Positions 1-10,103 of a DNA stretch of 64,000 bases are shown here, piece by piece. Origin of the DNA: an uncultured delta proteobacterium (GTDB lineage: Bacteria > Desulfobacterota > Binatia > Binatales > Binataceae); NCBI GenBank assembly GCA_963724765.1, contig CAVRVY010000001.1, positions 832,001-896,000 on the forward strand. Reading direction: 5' to 3'. The notes under the pieces were generated by a model, which ran no database searches, was not told the DNA's origin, and worked only from the letters and a program-made list of their open reading frames with translations. The position numbers were made by a program, and so were the translations under genes. The stretch's first letter is position 1. Each line of letters begins with the position of its first letter.

Positions 1-422
1 CCTATCGGGGCAAGGACTACGACAAGATGAAGGAGGAGGCGCTGGACGTACTGCGCAAGAGCTTCCGTCCGGAGTTTCTCAACCGGGTCGACGAAATCGT
101 GGTGTTCCATCCGCTGACCCGCGACGAGTTGCGGCAGATCGTCAGCATCCAGATGGGTGGACTGCGCAAGCGGCTCGAAGAGCGCAAGATCGAGCTCGAG
201 CTTACCGACAAGGCGAGCGATTACTTCGCCGAGCGCGGCTACGATCCTCAGTACGGGGCGCGTCCGCTTAAGCGCCTGGTGCAGCAGGAACTGGAGACCG
301 GGCTCGCGCGCAAGATTCTTGCCGGTGAAGTACGCGACGGCTCTAAAGTCGTGGTCGACGCGGGGCCCCGCGGGCTGACGTTCGCGGTGAAAGAGCCGGC
401 TGCCAAGGCCGCCGCCGCGTAA
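1..422 (+). CDS. clpB: ClpB chaperone, C-terminal part (5' truncated by window)
   Basis: FRPEFLNRVDEIVVFHPL and GYDPQYGARPLKR motifs of the Clp/Hsp100 D2-small domain. ClpC cannot be fully excluded from this fragment. Confidence 0.8.
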   Translation, partial: YRGKDYDKMKEEALDVLRKSFRPEFLNRVDEIVVFHPLTRDELRQIVSIQMGGLRKRLEERKIELELTDKASDYFAERGYDPQYGARPLKRLVQQELETGLARKILAGEVRDGSKVVVDAGPRGLTFAVKEPAAKAAAA

Positions 423-457
423 CTCCAGGCGGCCATCCTGAATCTTCCATGTCAGGA

Positions 458-476
458 GGATGCGACAGTCGCATCC
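458..476 (+). terminator. Possible intrinsic terminator after clpB
   Basis: GGATGCGA-CAG-TCGCATCC stem-loop followed by a pyrimidine-rich tract. The U-tract is weak. Confidence 0.35.
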
Positions 477-616
477 CCCTTCTCTGACTTTGTATTGACG
501 TCTGCGTGCTGACGCCCCGCGGGCGCGTCTTTGCACAGGACGGCCGATGCGCCACAATCCGCGCGGCGCAATGGCGCCGGACGTTGGCCGGATATCGCCA
601 GCGCGCCGAGGAGAAC

Positions 617-1861
617 ATGACCAAGCAAGACCGCACGGCCTGGATGCTCGCCGGCGCGCTTTTCCTCGCGCTCTTTTTCCTCTGGGGAGCCGCGTACGAC
701 TGTTTTCCGATCCTTCTGCCCTCGGTGCTCAAGCAATTTCATCTGAGCAAGGAGCAAATCGGAAAGGTGCCGGCGGCTCAGGCGCTGGCAGCCCTCGTGG
801 TTGGCCCGCTGGTCGGCTGGCTGCTCGATCGGATCGCGGCGCAAATCGTGATGAGCGTCGGCGCCGTGCTGACCGCGATCGGAATCGTGATGATGGCCCG
901 GGCCGACTCGTTCGATGGCGTGCTCGCCGGGTCAGTCATAACCGGGGTCGGGTTGAGCGCGTCGACTATCCTGCCCGCCACGATGGTCATATCAAACTGG
1001 TTCGGCGAGCGGCGTGGCGCCGCTCTGGGCGTCACGACGGCGGGGATGGAACTGGGCGGGATGGTGACTGCGATAGTGGCGGGATCCCTGATTGTAGCCC
1101 GCGGTTGGCGCTTCGCATACGCGGCATTGGCCATTCCGCTGATCGTGATCGTTGTGCCGTTATGCCTGATTTTCGTGCGCACGCGTCCCGAGCAGCAGGC
1201 GCATAGCGGGAGCGCGGGCAATCAGAGTCCCGCCGAGATCGCGTCCGATCTTCCGGGCCTGGAAGTGGACGAGGCGGTGCGCACGCGAGCCTTCTGGATG
1301 CTGGTGGTGCTGCAGTTCTGCTACACGTTCTCGGTCGGCGGCAGCTTTATCCATCTCGTGCAGTACCTCATCAGTATCGGCTACACGCTGAGAGCGGGGA
1401 CGATGGTGGTCGGCTTCTCGTTGGGACTGGCGCTGATCGGCAAGCCGGCGATGGGCGTGCTGGGTGACCGGATCGGCGGGAAGAACGCGCTCGCTCTTTG
1501 TCTGGTGCTCGGAGCCGCGAATACCGCTTTCCTCCTGCTCGCGCGGATGTTCTGGGTCCTGGTGATCTTCACCTTCGTCGGCGGAATCACCGGTTCGGCA
1601 CCTATCGCGTTGGGTCCGCTGGTTCAGGTCGAGACGCTGGGACTCAAGCGCTATGGCTCGATTGCCGGGCTTCTCGGGATAACGTTTACCTTGGGCGCGA
1701 TGATGGGCCCGCCGATAGTCGGCAAGCTCGCGGACGTTACCGGCACCTACACCGTGTCATTCGAGGTCTGCGCGCTGGTCGGATTCATAGGCGCCATCGC
1801 TTCATTCCTTTGCGTGGCGCCGGGGCGGGCGCGGGTCGGCGGCCTGGTCCAGGCCAAATAG
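617..1861 (+). CDS. MFS transporter (OFA/MCT-like)
   Basis: About 12 hydrophobic helices. MFS motifs GWLLDRI and GVLGDRIGGK, plus ISNWFGERRG. ATG at 617 follows GAGGAG. Confidence 0.9.
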   Translation: MTKQDRTAWMLAGALFLALFFLWGAAYDCFPILLPSVLKQFHLSKEQIGKVPAAQALAALVVGPLVGWLLDRIAAQIVMSVGAVLTAIGIVMMARADSFDGVLAGSVITGVGLSASTILPATMVISNWFGERRGAALGVTTAGMELGGMVTAIVAGSLIVARGWRFAYAALAIPLIVIVVPLCLIFVRTRPEQQAHSGSAGNQSPAEIASDLPGLEVDEAVRTRAFWMLVVLQFCYTFSVGGSFIHLVQYLISIGYTLRAGTMVVGFSLGLALIGKPAMGVLGDRIGGKNALALCLVLGAANTAFLLLARMFWVLVIFTFVGGITGSAPIALGPLVQVETLGLKRYGSIAGLLGITFTLGAMMGPPIVGKLADVTGTYTVSFEVCALVGFIGAIASFLCVAPGRARVGGLVQAK

Positions 1862-2074
1862 AGATCGCCGCTGCACGTCTTAAGCAGGCATCTGTCGCCG
1901 CCAGGCGGTCTCGCGTCGAAGCGCCGCCCGGACATTGGACGAGTGCGCGGGGCGGCGCTAGGCTGTTAGCTGGACTTAATTATCCGGATACGCAATATTA
2001 GCCCGAAACCCGGCAGAACCGGGTAAGAGGAGGCAGCGGGCAGACCTGACCCGCTGTGTGAGGAGCCGCAAGCC

Positions 2075-2479
2075 ATGCGTGAACTGAGAGTTCGAACCAC
2101 CTTTCGCGGCGTCGGCGCAGCCCTGGCCGCACTGATTCTGGTTGTTGGCGCCGTCCCGTCGATCGCGGCGGCCAAGACAGTTGAAATCAAGATGAGCGAC
2201 ACGCCACCCAAGTTCATCCCGATGACGGTCACGATCCAGAAGGGAGACACGGTCGAGTGGATCAACAACGCGGCGTCGCTTCACTCGGTGACTACCAACC
2301 CGGCGGTCGCGCAGGATCCCAAGGACGTTTCGGCGCCCGCGGGCGCCAAGCCGTTCGACTCGGGCTTCATGACGCCGGGGGGGAAGTGGAGCTATACGTT
2401 CACCGTCCCGGGCACCTACAAGTACCTCTGTTTGCCGCACGAAAAGGACCACATGACCGGCATCGTGGTGGTCAAATAA
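2075..2479 (+). CDS. Secreted cupredoxin (plastocyanin/azurin family, type-1 copper)
   Basis: Signal peptide. GDTVEWIN..HSV and YLCLPHEKDHM supply the His/Cys/His/Met ligands. GAGGAG RBS. Confidence 0.9.
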   Translation: MRELRVRTTFRGVGAALAALILVVGAVPSIAAAKTVEIKMSDTPPKFIPMTVTIQKGDTVEWINNAASLHSVTTNPAVAQDPKDVSAPAGAKPFDSGFMTPGGKWSYTFTVPGTYKYLCLPHEKDHMTGIVVVK

Positions 2480-2559
2480 AAAGCGCGAAACCGGGCCCGA
2501 AGACGTTGCCGACGGGGGTAAGGTTAGGCTATTGTGCCGAGCCGAAAAGGAGTCGATCG

Positions 2560-3170
2560 TGATCGTGCCGAGCAGGATCGTGCCGAACCAGTCAATTCGC
2601 GCCGCCGGAAGTAATCGCGCGGCGCGCGCCGCTCAGCCGAGGCTGGTGGTGATCGTGGCCGCGATGGCGGCGTTCGTCGTTGCGGGGGCTAGCGCGGCTT
2701 GGTGTTTCCCCTGGAGCATCGACATGTTCCGTGGCCCGGCGATTCAGCCGCTGGAGATTTCGCCGCGTGTGATGCCGGAGGGAACGCTGCCTACCGATAC
2801 CGGCTCGCCGCCACAGGACCTCGAGCAGGCGACCATCAAGGCGCATAACCCGCTCAAGCCGACGGCGGAAAATATCGCTCATGGCAAGGTGCTTTACGAC
2901 AACACTTGCATGCCGTGCCATGGCGCGAGCGGACACGGTGACGGTCCGGTGGCTCATCTGTTGCACGCCCACGGTTTCGATCCGAAGAATCTCGTGACGG
3001 GCGTGACCAAGAACCTGCCCGACGGCTATATCTACGGCTACATCCGCGACGGCGGCATTCATATGCCCTCGTACGCGGACGCGATGAACTCCGACGAGCG
3101 CTGGGATGTGGTGATGTACGTGCGCCAGCTCCAGGTGCCGCCGAGCGCCCAGAAAACCGCCTCGAAGTAA
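2560..3170 (+). CDS. Monoheme c-type cytochrome (ActE-like N-terminus); start uncertain
   Basis: CMPCH heme motif, distal Met in HMPSY, ERWDVVMYVR C-terminal helix, N-terminal hydrophobic segment followed by DM..PAIQP..PEGTLP. AAGGAG precedes GTG 2560. Confidence 0.85.
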
Positions 3171-3184
3171 CCGTCTCTCGAAGC

Positions 3185-3230
3185 ACGGCGGCAATCGAGG
3201 CGCGCGGGTGCGCGCGTCGATTGCCGCCGT
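3185..3230 (+). terminator. Long stem-loop after the cytochrome c gene
   Basis: ACGGCGGCAATCGA ... TCGATTGCCGCCGT 14-bp inverted repeat followed by TTCCCGTTT. Confidence 0.5.
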
Positions 3231-3514
3231 TTCCCGTTTCCATGGCGCTCTGCGCTACGGCGGACAGCTCCACGGCCGCCGCGCGCGCCTCCGTTACAGC
3301 CCTGTGAAGTGGGGATCCCGAGGGTATGAGCATGCCGCCTGCCTCTTCCGTAAGGCCTCTGGAGACGGTCTAATTGATCCGCACAGTTGCGCGGGGGCGC
3401 GCGGGACGCGGCTCGGGACGCGTCCCGCACGGCCGGCCAACGTCGATATCTGCAACCTCGAGACGGCTGGCAACGTCTATACCTGCTACCTTGCGATGGA
3501 AGGGGGGCCGAAAT

Positions 3515-4819
3515 ATGCGGATTCATGCGAGCAAGGCGGCCGTGGGCGCCGTGATAGCGGTCGCGGCGACGGTGACACTTGCCTTGACGCTGGCACAGGC
3601 TGCGTCGGGGAGCCGTTCGGGGAGTCAGGCGCTGGACGTGACGCAACTGGTGCAGGTCGCGCTGGAAGTGAATCCCCAGGTACGTGCAGCGCGCGCGCGA
3701 TGGGAGTCGGCCGAGCACTCGATCAAGCAGGCCTATGCGCCGAACGATCCGCAGATCTCGTATACCAACGGTGATAGCGCAGGCAACGGCTTTAACCGGT
3801 CGTCGTATCACACTTTGCTGGTAAGCGAGGCTTTTCAGTTCCCCGGCAAGGCGCTGTTGCAGGGAACCCAGGCGAAGCGCGCGGCGGAGATCGCGCGGCT
3901 GACGTATCAGGCCACGGTTCGCGATACCCGGGCCGCGGTCGAAACCGCTTATTACCAACTCTTACTGGACAGTGCGCTGGCGGACGTCAACGCCGAAAAT
4001 GTAGGGAATCTTGAGCAGGTCCTCAAAGTGACGCAGGTCGCATACTCCGTCAACCAGGTGACGCAAACCGATTTCGTAAGCGCCGAGTTCGACCTTGCCG
4101 CGGCCAGGCAGTTGCAACTTCAATACAAGACCAACATCGAGAACGACGAAACCGCGCTGAATCAACTTCTCAGCCGGCCACCCGGCGCTCCGCTGGACTT
4201 CGAGCGCACGCTTACATTCGATGCGCTCAAAATCCCGCTCGACACGCTGATCGTCCGCGCGGAAGGTCTGCGCCAGGAGATCCTCGAGGCCGCGCTCACC
4301 GAGCGTAATTCCGATACGGCGCTTCAGCTCGCGAAGATGGAATATCTGCCCGACTTCACCGTGAGCTACTTCTTCGACCACTACCTGCTGCCCAGTGCCG
4401 CGCCGGCGCCTAACCGCACTGAGGACCATTCGTGGGTAATCGGCGCCAACATGCCGATCTTCTTCTGGCTCAGGCAGAACGAAGACGTCGCGCGCGCGCG
4501 AACTGAGCTTGAGGCTTCACGCTACGACCTGGTGTCGGTGAAGAACCAGACGGCGGCGACTGTGACCTCGCTCTATCGCTCGGCCCAGTATGGCTATCAG
4601 ACCGCGATTCTGTACCGGCAATCGCTCATCCCACTGGCCAACGAGGATTTCGAGGTAGCGCTGACCGCATACCAGTCGGGCAAGATCTCGTTTGTGGAAC
4701 TGGCGGCGGCGTTGCGCCGCGGTTACGATGCTCGGGTAAGCTATTTGCAGGGCGCCAACCAGTTTGTGGCTAATCGAGTGGCGCTGGAGCAGGCGGTCGG
4801 TGCGCCACTGGGCCAATGA
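3515..4819 (+). CDS. TolC-family outer membrane efflux protein (CzcC-like)
   Basis: Signal peptide, ALEVNP, FQFPGK, YLPDF and AYQSGKISFVEL OEP repeats. Its stop overlaps the adaptor gene start. Confidence 0.88.
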   Translation: MRIHASKAAVGAVIAVAATVTLALTLAQAASGSRSGSQALDVTQLVQVALEVNPQVRAARARWESAEHSIKQAYAPNDPQISYTNGDSAGNGFNRSSYHTLLVSEAFQFPGKALLQGTQAKRAAEIARLTYQATVRDTRAAVETAYYQLLLDSALADVNAENVGNLEQVLKVTQVAYSVNQVTQTDFVSAEFDLAAARQLQLQYKTNIENDETALNQLLSRPPGAPLDFERTLTFDALKIPLDTLIVRAEGLRQEILEAALTERNSDTALQLAKMEYLPDFTVSYFFDHYLLPSAAPAPNRTEDHSWVIGANMPIFFWLRQNEDVARARTELEASRYDLVSVKNQTAATVTSLYRSAQYGYQTAILYRQSLIPLANEDFEVALTAYQSGKISFVELAAALRRGYDARVSYLQGANQFVANRVALEQAVGAPLGQ

Positions 4820-5943
4820 TGAGGCTTAAAACGGCCGCGACACTCCTATGTGCCCTCGCGACGCTCGTGGCACTCCACGGATGCGAGGGCTCGTCGCCCA
4901 GCCGCGCCGCGGTCGATACGCCGCCCGCGCCGGTTCCGCAAATCATCCACCAAAGCAACGGCGAGGATCTGCTTCAACTGGACCCCACGCGCGTGCCGGG
5001 CGCCACGCTCGGCGAAGTGCGCGAGGTCGAGCTGCCCGCGGTGCTCGAGGCCAATGGCCAGGTGACATTCGACGACCGCCGCGTCTCGAGCATTGTCTCG
5101 CGCGTCGCCGGACGTATCGAACAGGTGCGCGTTTCGCAGTGGGACAACGTGCGGCGCGGCGAGCCGATAGTCGCGCTCTATAGCCCCGACTTCATGACCG
5201 CTGAGGCGGAGTATCTGCAGGCCAAGCAGACCACGCATCTGAGCGGCGCACCCGGAATTGCCGCTACGGCGGGGCTGGCGGCCTCGATGCAAGACGCGGC
5301 CGAGCGCAAGCTGGAACTGCTCGGCATGGAACAGGCGGACATCCGCGCGATCAGCGTCCCCAATCCGACGGTCTGGATGCGCGCGCCGATCGGCGGCACG
5401 GTGATCGACAACAAGGCCACGCGTGGCGCCGCGGTCTCCCCGGGTGACGTTCTTTATACGCTCGGCACTCTTAACGACGTCTGGATCACTGCCAACATCT
5501 ACGAAGATGATCTCGCGCGCGTGCACGAAGGCCAGGCCCTCGAGGCGGTGACCACCGCTTATCCCGATGACGTCTTCAAGGGCGTTATTTCGCGAGTCAG
5601 CCCCGGCATCGATCCCACTACCTTCACTGCGCAGATCCGATGCACCGTCGCAAACCCGGGCCTCAAGCTCAAGCCGCAAATGCTCGCGCGGGTGCGGATA
5701 GTGACGCGGCCGGGCCTGGCGCTGGTGGTGCCGCAGCAGGCGCTGGTTTTCGACACCGATTCTTACTTTGCCTACGTGCGGGTGGCGCCCAACGCGGTGG
5801 CGCGGCGCAAGGTCGCGATCACTTCGTGGAACGAAAAGGGCTACGCACGAGTGGTTTCCGGGCTTAGTACCGGTGATACGGTGATCGTGGCCGGGGCGTT
5901 GCAAGTCGACGAACTGTGGCGCGCGGCGCATGGCCAGGGATAG
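4816..5943 (+). CDS. RND efflux periplasmic adaptor subunit (CzcB/CusB-like)
   Basis: SRVAGRIE, LYSPDF, RAPIGGTV, VWITANIYE and LKPQM motifs. Possible lipobox LHGC. Confidence 0.9.
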   Translation: MMRLKTAATLLCALATLVALHGCEGSSPSRAAVDTPPAPVPQIIHQSNGEDLLQLDPTRVPGATLGEVREVELPAVLEANGQVTFDDRRVSSIVSRVAGRIEQVRVSQWDNVRRGEPIVALYSPDFMTAEAEYLQAKQTTHLSGAPGIAATAGLAASMQDAAERKLELLGMEQADIRAISVPNPTVWMRAPIGGTVIDNKATRGAAVSPGDVLYTLGTLNDVWITANIYEDDLARVHEGQALEAVTTAYPDDVFKGVISRVSPGIDPTTFTAQIRCTVANPGLKLKPQMLARVRIVTRPGLALVVPQQALVFDTDSYFAYVRVAPNAVARRKVAITSWNEKGYARVVSGLSTGDTVIVAGALQVDELWRAAHGQG

Positions 5944-5952
5944 GAGCCGTCC

Positions 5953-8900
5953 GTGATCCGCTCGTTAATGGAGGTCGCGCTCAAGGGCCGCGCCGTAATC
6001 ATCGGCCTGGCCATCGCGCTGCTGCTGTCCGGCATCTACGCCTTCTCCCAGATCGACATCGAGGCTTATCCCGACCCGGTCCAGCCGATGATCGAGCTGT
6101 TGACGCTGCCCAACGGGCTCAGCGCTGAGGAGGTCGAGCGGCTGGTGACGGTGCCGCTGGAGTACACGCTCAGCACGACGCGCAACCTGGAGGCGATGCG
6201 CTCGATTTCGCTGTTCGGCCTGTCTGACATCCGCTGCTATTTTTCGTGGGACAGCGACTACTACTGGGACAACGCCGAGACCATCAACCAGCTCCAGTTT
6301 GTCAGCCTTCCGGCGGGTATCACGGCGGGTATCTCGCCCGAAAATGCGATCGGCGAGATCTACCGCTACACGGTCGAAAGCCCCGAGCACGATCTGATCA
6401 ACGAGAAGACGGTCAACGACTGGATTGTCTCGCGCCAGCTCAGCACCGTGCCGGGCGTAATCGGCGACAGTACCTTCGGCGGACTGACCAAGCAGTACCA
6501 CGTCGACGTTGACCCGCAGAAACTGGACTACTACCACGTCCCGCTTTCCGCCCTGACCAGCGCGCTCGCCAACGCCAACATCAGCTCGGGCGGCAATTAC
6601 CTGGACGTTGGCGAGCAGGCCTTCGACGTGCGCGGCCTGGGCTTCATCGAAACGCTCGACGACATCCGCAACACCATGCTGTCGGCCAACAAGTCGACTC
6701 CAATCACCGTTGGCAACGTGGCCGAGGTCTCGGTCGGCTATGCGCCGCGCCTGGGCATCGTCGGGATGAACAATCGCGACGAGGTGAGCGAAGGCATCGT
6801 CCTGATGCGCAAATATGGCAACACGCTCAATACGCTGCGCGGCGTGGAGGCCAAGGTAAAACAGCTCAACACTTCGGGGATGCTGCCGCACGGCTACAAA
6901 ATCGTGCCGTACTACGATCGCACCTCGCTGGTCCAGACCACGCTGCACACGGTGCTGGAGAATCTGACCATCGGGATGGCGCTGGTGTTCCTGGTACTGA
7001 TTTTTTTTCTCGGCAATCTGAAAGCGGCGATAATCGCCGCGATCAATATTCCGCTAGCGCTATGCGGCGCGTTTATCCTGATGCGGGTGAGCGACACGCC
7101 GGCCAACCTGATTTCGCTCGGCGCCATCGACTTCGGCATCATCATCGACACCACCGTCATCGTGATGGAGAACATCAATCACCACCTCAGCCTCGCCGAG
7201 TTTCCGCAGGAATCCGCGGTCGGCAAAATCCTGCGCGCGGCGCAGGAGGTCGGCGGTCCGATGTTCTTTTCGACCCTGATCTTCGTGATTGCGTTTCTAC
7301 CGCTGTTCACGATGCGCGGGGTCGAGGGCGCGATTTTCTCGCCGATGTCGCATACCTATGCGTACGCGCTGGGCAGCGCCATCCTGCTTGCGGTAACGCT
7401 CACGCCGGTATTGGGCTCGTTCGCTTTCGCGCGCGGCCTGCACGACGTCAACAATCCCGTGTGGAATGCGATCACGCGTTTTTACCACGCGATGTTCGTG
7501 GGCGTGCTGCGATGGCCGCGGCTGACGCTGGTCCTGCTGCTGGTGCTGGCCGCGCTGGCGGCCTCGACCTATCCGCGCCTGGGCGGCGAGTTCCTGCCCA
7601 AGCTCGAGGAGGGCAACATCTGGGCTCGCGCTACGATGCCGTTGACGATCTCGCTCAAGCGCGGGGCTACGCTCACCACGCGGATGCGTCACGTTTTCAT
7701 GTCGTATCCCGAAGTGACGACCGTAGTCTCGCAGCTTGGGCGGCCCGACGACGGTACCGAGACCACCGGCTTCTTCAATATCGAGTTCTCGGTCGACCTC
7801 AAGCCGAAGTCGGAGTGGCCTGCGGGGCTCGACAAGCCTGAACTCATCAAGCAGATGGACGAACGGCTGCAGCGCGAGTTCCCAGGCGTGAGTTTCGGCT
7901 ACTCGCAGAACATCCAGGACAACATCGACGAGGCGCTGTCGGGGGTCAAGGGTACTAACTCGGTCAAGGTGTTCGGCCGTGACCTTGCCGCGGACGAGCG
8001 TATCGCCAACCAATTGATCGAGGTGATGGGCAAGGTCCGCGGGATCGTCGACCTTGCCGTATATCGCTCGCTTGGTCAGCCCAATCTGGTGATCAAACCC
8101 GACCGCGCGGCCGCCGCGCGCTATGGGCTGAACGTCTCCGACGTCGCCGCGATTGTGCAGGCGGCGATCGGCGGCCAGGCCGTGACCCAGGTCTTCGAGG
8201 GTGACGAGCGCTTCGACCTGGTCGTGCGATGGAAGCCGCAGTACCGCCAGAGCCTCGACGCCATCCGGAGCATTCGAGTTGCGACGCCCACCGGCGCCGA
8301 GATTCCGCTCGCCCAGATCGCCCAGGTCCGCACCGACGAAGGCGCGTCATTCATCTACCGCGAAGGTCTGGAGCGCTACGTGCCGGTGCGCTTTGCCATC
8401 CGCGGACGCGACCTTCAAAGCACGGTCGAGAGCGCCAAGCGGCTTGTCGCGCGTGAGATAAAGCTTCCCGAAGGAGTTCACCTGGAGTGGGCAGGCGAGT
8501 ATGGAGAACTGCAGGAGGCCAATCGCCGCCTGATGATCGTGGTGCCGTTCGCGCTGGTGCTGATAGCCGGCGTGCTCTACGCCGCGACCACTTCTCTCAT
8601 CGACACCTTCATCATCATGGCGCAGATTCCGGTCGCCTGCATGGGTGGAATACTCGGGTTGTACCTGACCGGCACGCCATTCAGCGTCTCGGCCGCGGTC
8701 GGCTTCATCTCGATCTTCGGCATCGCTGTGATGGACGGAATCCTGCTGAGCTTCTACATCCGCCAGCTCTGGCAGGAGGGGCATCCGTTCCGCGAGGCGA
8801 TCGTCATGGGATCGGACCGGCGGCTGCGCGCCACTATGATGACCGACATGGTCGACGCGTTCGGATTGCTGCCGGCGGCGCTCTCGACCCGGATCGGCGC

Positions 8901-9054
8901 GCAGACCCAGCGCCCGTTGGCGATCGTGGTGATCGGAGGCGCGCTCGCGATCCTGCTCCTGACCCGCATCCTTCAGCCGGTGCTCATCTATCTATGCCAT
9001 CGCCGGCTGCGCCTCGAAGACGCGCCGCCATCGCCAATCGAGCGGCGCGCTTAG
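5953..9054 (+). CDS. CzcA/CusA-family heavy-metal efflux RND permease
   Basis: 1033 aa. DIEAYPD, SISLFGLS, TM4 GAIDFGIIID, GGEFLPKLEEG, QLGRPDDGT and QRPLAIVVIGG motifs. Confidence 0.93.
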   Translation: MIRSLMEVALKGRAVIIGLAIALLLSGIYAFSQIDIEAYPDPVQPMIELLTLPNGLSAEEVERLVTVPLEYTLSTTRNLEAMRSISLFGLSDIRCYFSWDSDYYWDNAETINQLQFVSLPAGITAGISPENAIGEIYRYTVESPEHDLINEKTVNDWIVSRQLSTVPGVIGDSTFGGLTKQYHVDVDPQKLDYYHVPLSALTSALANANISSGGNYLDVGEQAFDVRGLGFIETLDDIRNTMLSANKSTPITVGNVAEVSVGYAPRLGIVGMNNRDEVSEGIVLMRKYGNTLNTLRGVEAKVKQLNTSGMLPHGYKIVPYYDRTSLVQTTLHTVLENLTIGMALVFLVLIFFLGNLKAAIIAAINIPLALCGAFILMRVSDTPANLISLGAIDFGIIIDTTVIVMENINHHLSLAEFPQESAVGKILRAAQEVGGPMFFSTLIFVIAFLPLFTMRGVEGAIFSPMSHTYAYALGSAILLAVTLTPVLGSFAFARGLHDVNNPVWNAITRFYHAMFVGVLRWPRLTLVLLLVLAALAASTYPRLGGEFLPKLEEGNIWARATMPLTISLKRGATLTTRMRHVFMSYPEVTTVVSQLGRPDDGTETTGFFNIEFSVDLKPKSEWPAGLDKPELIKQMDERLQREFPGVSFGYSQNIQDNIDEALSGVKGTNSVKVFGRDLAADERIANQLIEVMGKVRGIVDLAVYRSLGQPNLVIKPDRAAAARYGLNVSDVAAIVQAAIGGQAVTQVFEGDERFDLVVRWKPQYRQSLDAIRSIRVATPTGAEIPLAQIAQVRTDEGASFIYREGLERYVPVRFAIRGRDLQSTVESAKRLVAREIKLPEGVHLEWAGEYGELQEANRRLMIVVPFALVLIAGVLYAATTSLIDTFIIMAQIPVACMGGILGLYLTGTPFSVSAAVGFISIFGIAVMDGILLSFYIRQLWQEGHPFREAIVMGSDRRLRATMMTDMVDAFGLLPAALSTRIGAQTQRPLAIVVIGGALAILLLTRILQPVLIYLCHRRLRLEDAPPSPIERRA

Positions 9055-9126
9055 CGCGGCGCGCGTCCGCGCGGTTCTCGCGGCCCGGCCCCGCTCCGTG
9101 CTAAACGGGCATTGGAGGATCCCGCG

Positions 9127-9972
9127 ATGCAGCTTGAAACCCTGGCCCACGGCTACGGCCTCATCGAGGGGCCGCGCGTCGACGAACGCAACCGGCTCTA
9201 CTTCAGCGACGTGCTCAATGGCGGCGTCTACCGGCGGAGCCCCGACGGTGGCATCGAGACTCTCATCCCGCGCCGCCGCGGCGTCGGCGGAATCGCGTTC
9301 AACGCGGCGGGCGGAATCGTATGCAGCGGCCGCAGCCTGATCGGTTGGGACGAGGCGACCAGGCAAAGCCGCGACCTGTTCACCGAATGGGAAGGCCGCG
9401 CGACGCGCGGACTCAACGATCTTACCGTCGACGCGCAGGGTAGCGTCTTCGTCGGATCGCTCGAGTTCGACGCGCTCAGCGCAGACAAGCCTATCCCCGG
9501 CGACGTCTTTCGCGTCGACCCTCCCAACAGCGTCACCAAGCTGTGGGAGGGGATCGAAGTAACCAACGGAATGGGCTTCAGCCCGGACGCCACGCTGCTG
9601 TATCATTGTGATTCGACCACCAAGGCGGTGTGGGCATATGACGTTACCGGCGACCGCCGGCTCAAAGACCGCCGCGTCTTCGCCACGGTGCCCGAGGGAT
9701 GGCCGGACGGGATGGCGGTCGATGTCGAGGGTGGTGTGTGGGTCGCGGTCGTGCGCTACGGCGAAATCGTGCGCTTCAAGGCCAACGGCACGCTGGAGCG
9801 CAGGATCAAGATGCCGGCGCTGATGGTCACGAGCCTCTGCTTTGGCGGCGCCGACCTGATGGACCTGTACGTGGTCACCGCCGACAACACCGAGGACTCA
9901 AGCCGCAAGGGGACGATATTCAGAATGCGCGCGGACGTCCCAGGATTGGCAGTGCCGAAGGCACGCTTCTAA
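9127..9972 (+). CDS. SMP-30/gluconolactonase/LRE family protein
   Basis: EGP, LNDLTVD, NGMGFSPD, PDGMAVD and TSLCFGG beta-propeller motifs. GGAGG RBS. Confidence 0.92.
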   Translation: MQLETLAHGYGLIEGPRVDERNRLYFSDVLNGGVYRRSPDGGIETLIPRRRGVGGIAFNAAGGIVCSGRSLIGWDEATRQSRDLFTEWEGRATRGLNDLTVDAQGSVFVGSLEFDALSADKPIPGDVFRVDPPNSVTKLWEGIEVTNGMGFSPDATLLYHCDSTTKAVWAYDVTGDRRLKDRRVFATVPEGWPDGMAVDVEGGVWVAVVRYGEIVRFKANGTLERRIKMPALMVTSLCFGGADLMDLYVVTADNTEDSSRKGTIFRMRADVPGLAVPKARF

Positions 9973-10103
9973 ACGAGATTGGCAGTGCCGAAGACACGCT
10001 TCTAAAACGGACTGGCAGTGCCGAAGGCACGGTTCTAAAAAAGACTGGCAGTGCCGAAGGCTCGCTTCTAAACGAGAGTGGCAGTGCCGAAGGCACGGTT
10101 TAG
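9944..10103 (+). repeat. Five tandem ~33-bp units duplicating the last codons and stop of the SMP-30 gene
   Basis: Units start at 9944, 9977, 10010, 10043 and 10076. Consensus GA(T/C/G)TGGCAGTGCCGAAGGCACGCTTCTAAA. A partial sixth unit (TTGGCAG) lies at ~10108. Confidence 0.95.

Noticed and set aside
2500-3330. CsoR/CueR-type copper operators near the cupredoxin and efflux genes
   Set aside because: Only half-site-like GGGGTA/GGGTAT strings are present, with no convincing dyad.
5953-9054. Naming the pump cusA because of the neighbouring copper protein
   Set aside because: TM4 is the CzcA-type AIDFG..D. The substrate cannot be assigned from sequence alone.
9944-10103. 33-bp repeats as a CRISPR array
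   Set aside because: The variable linkers are only ~6 nt, there are no unique spacers or cas genes, and the first unit is coding sequence.
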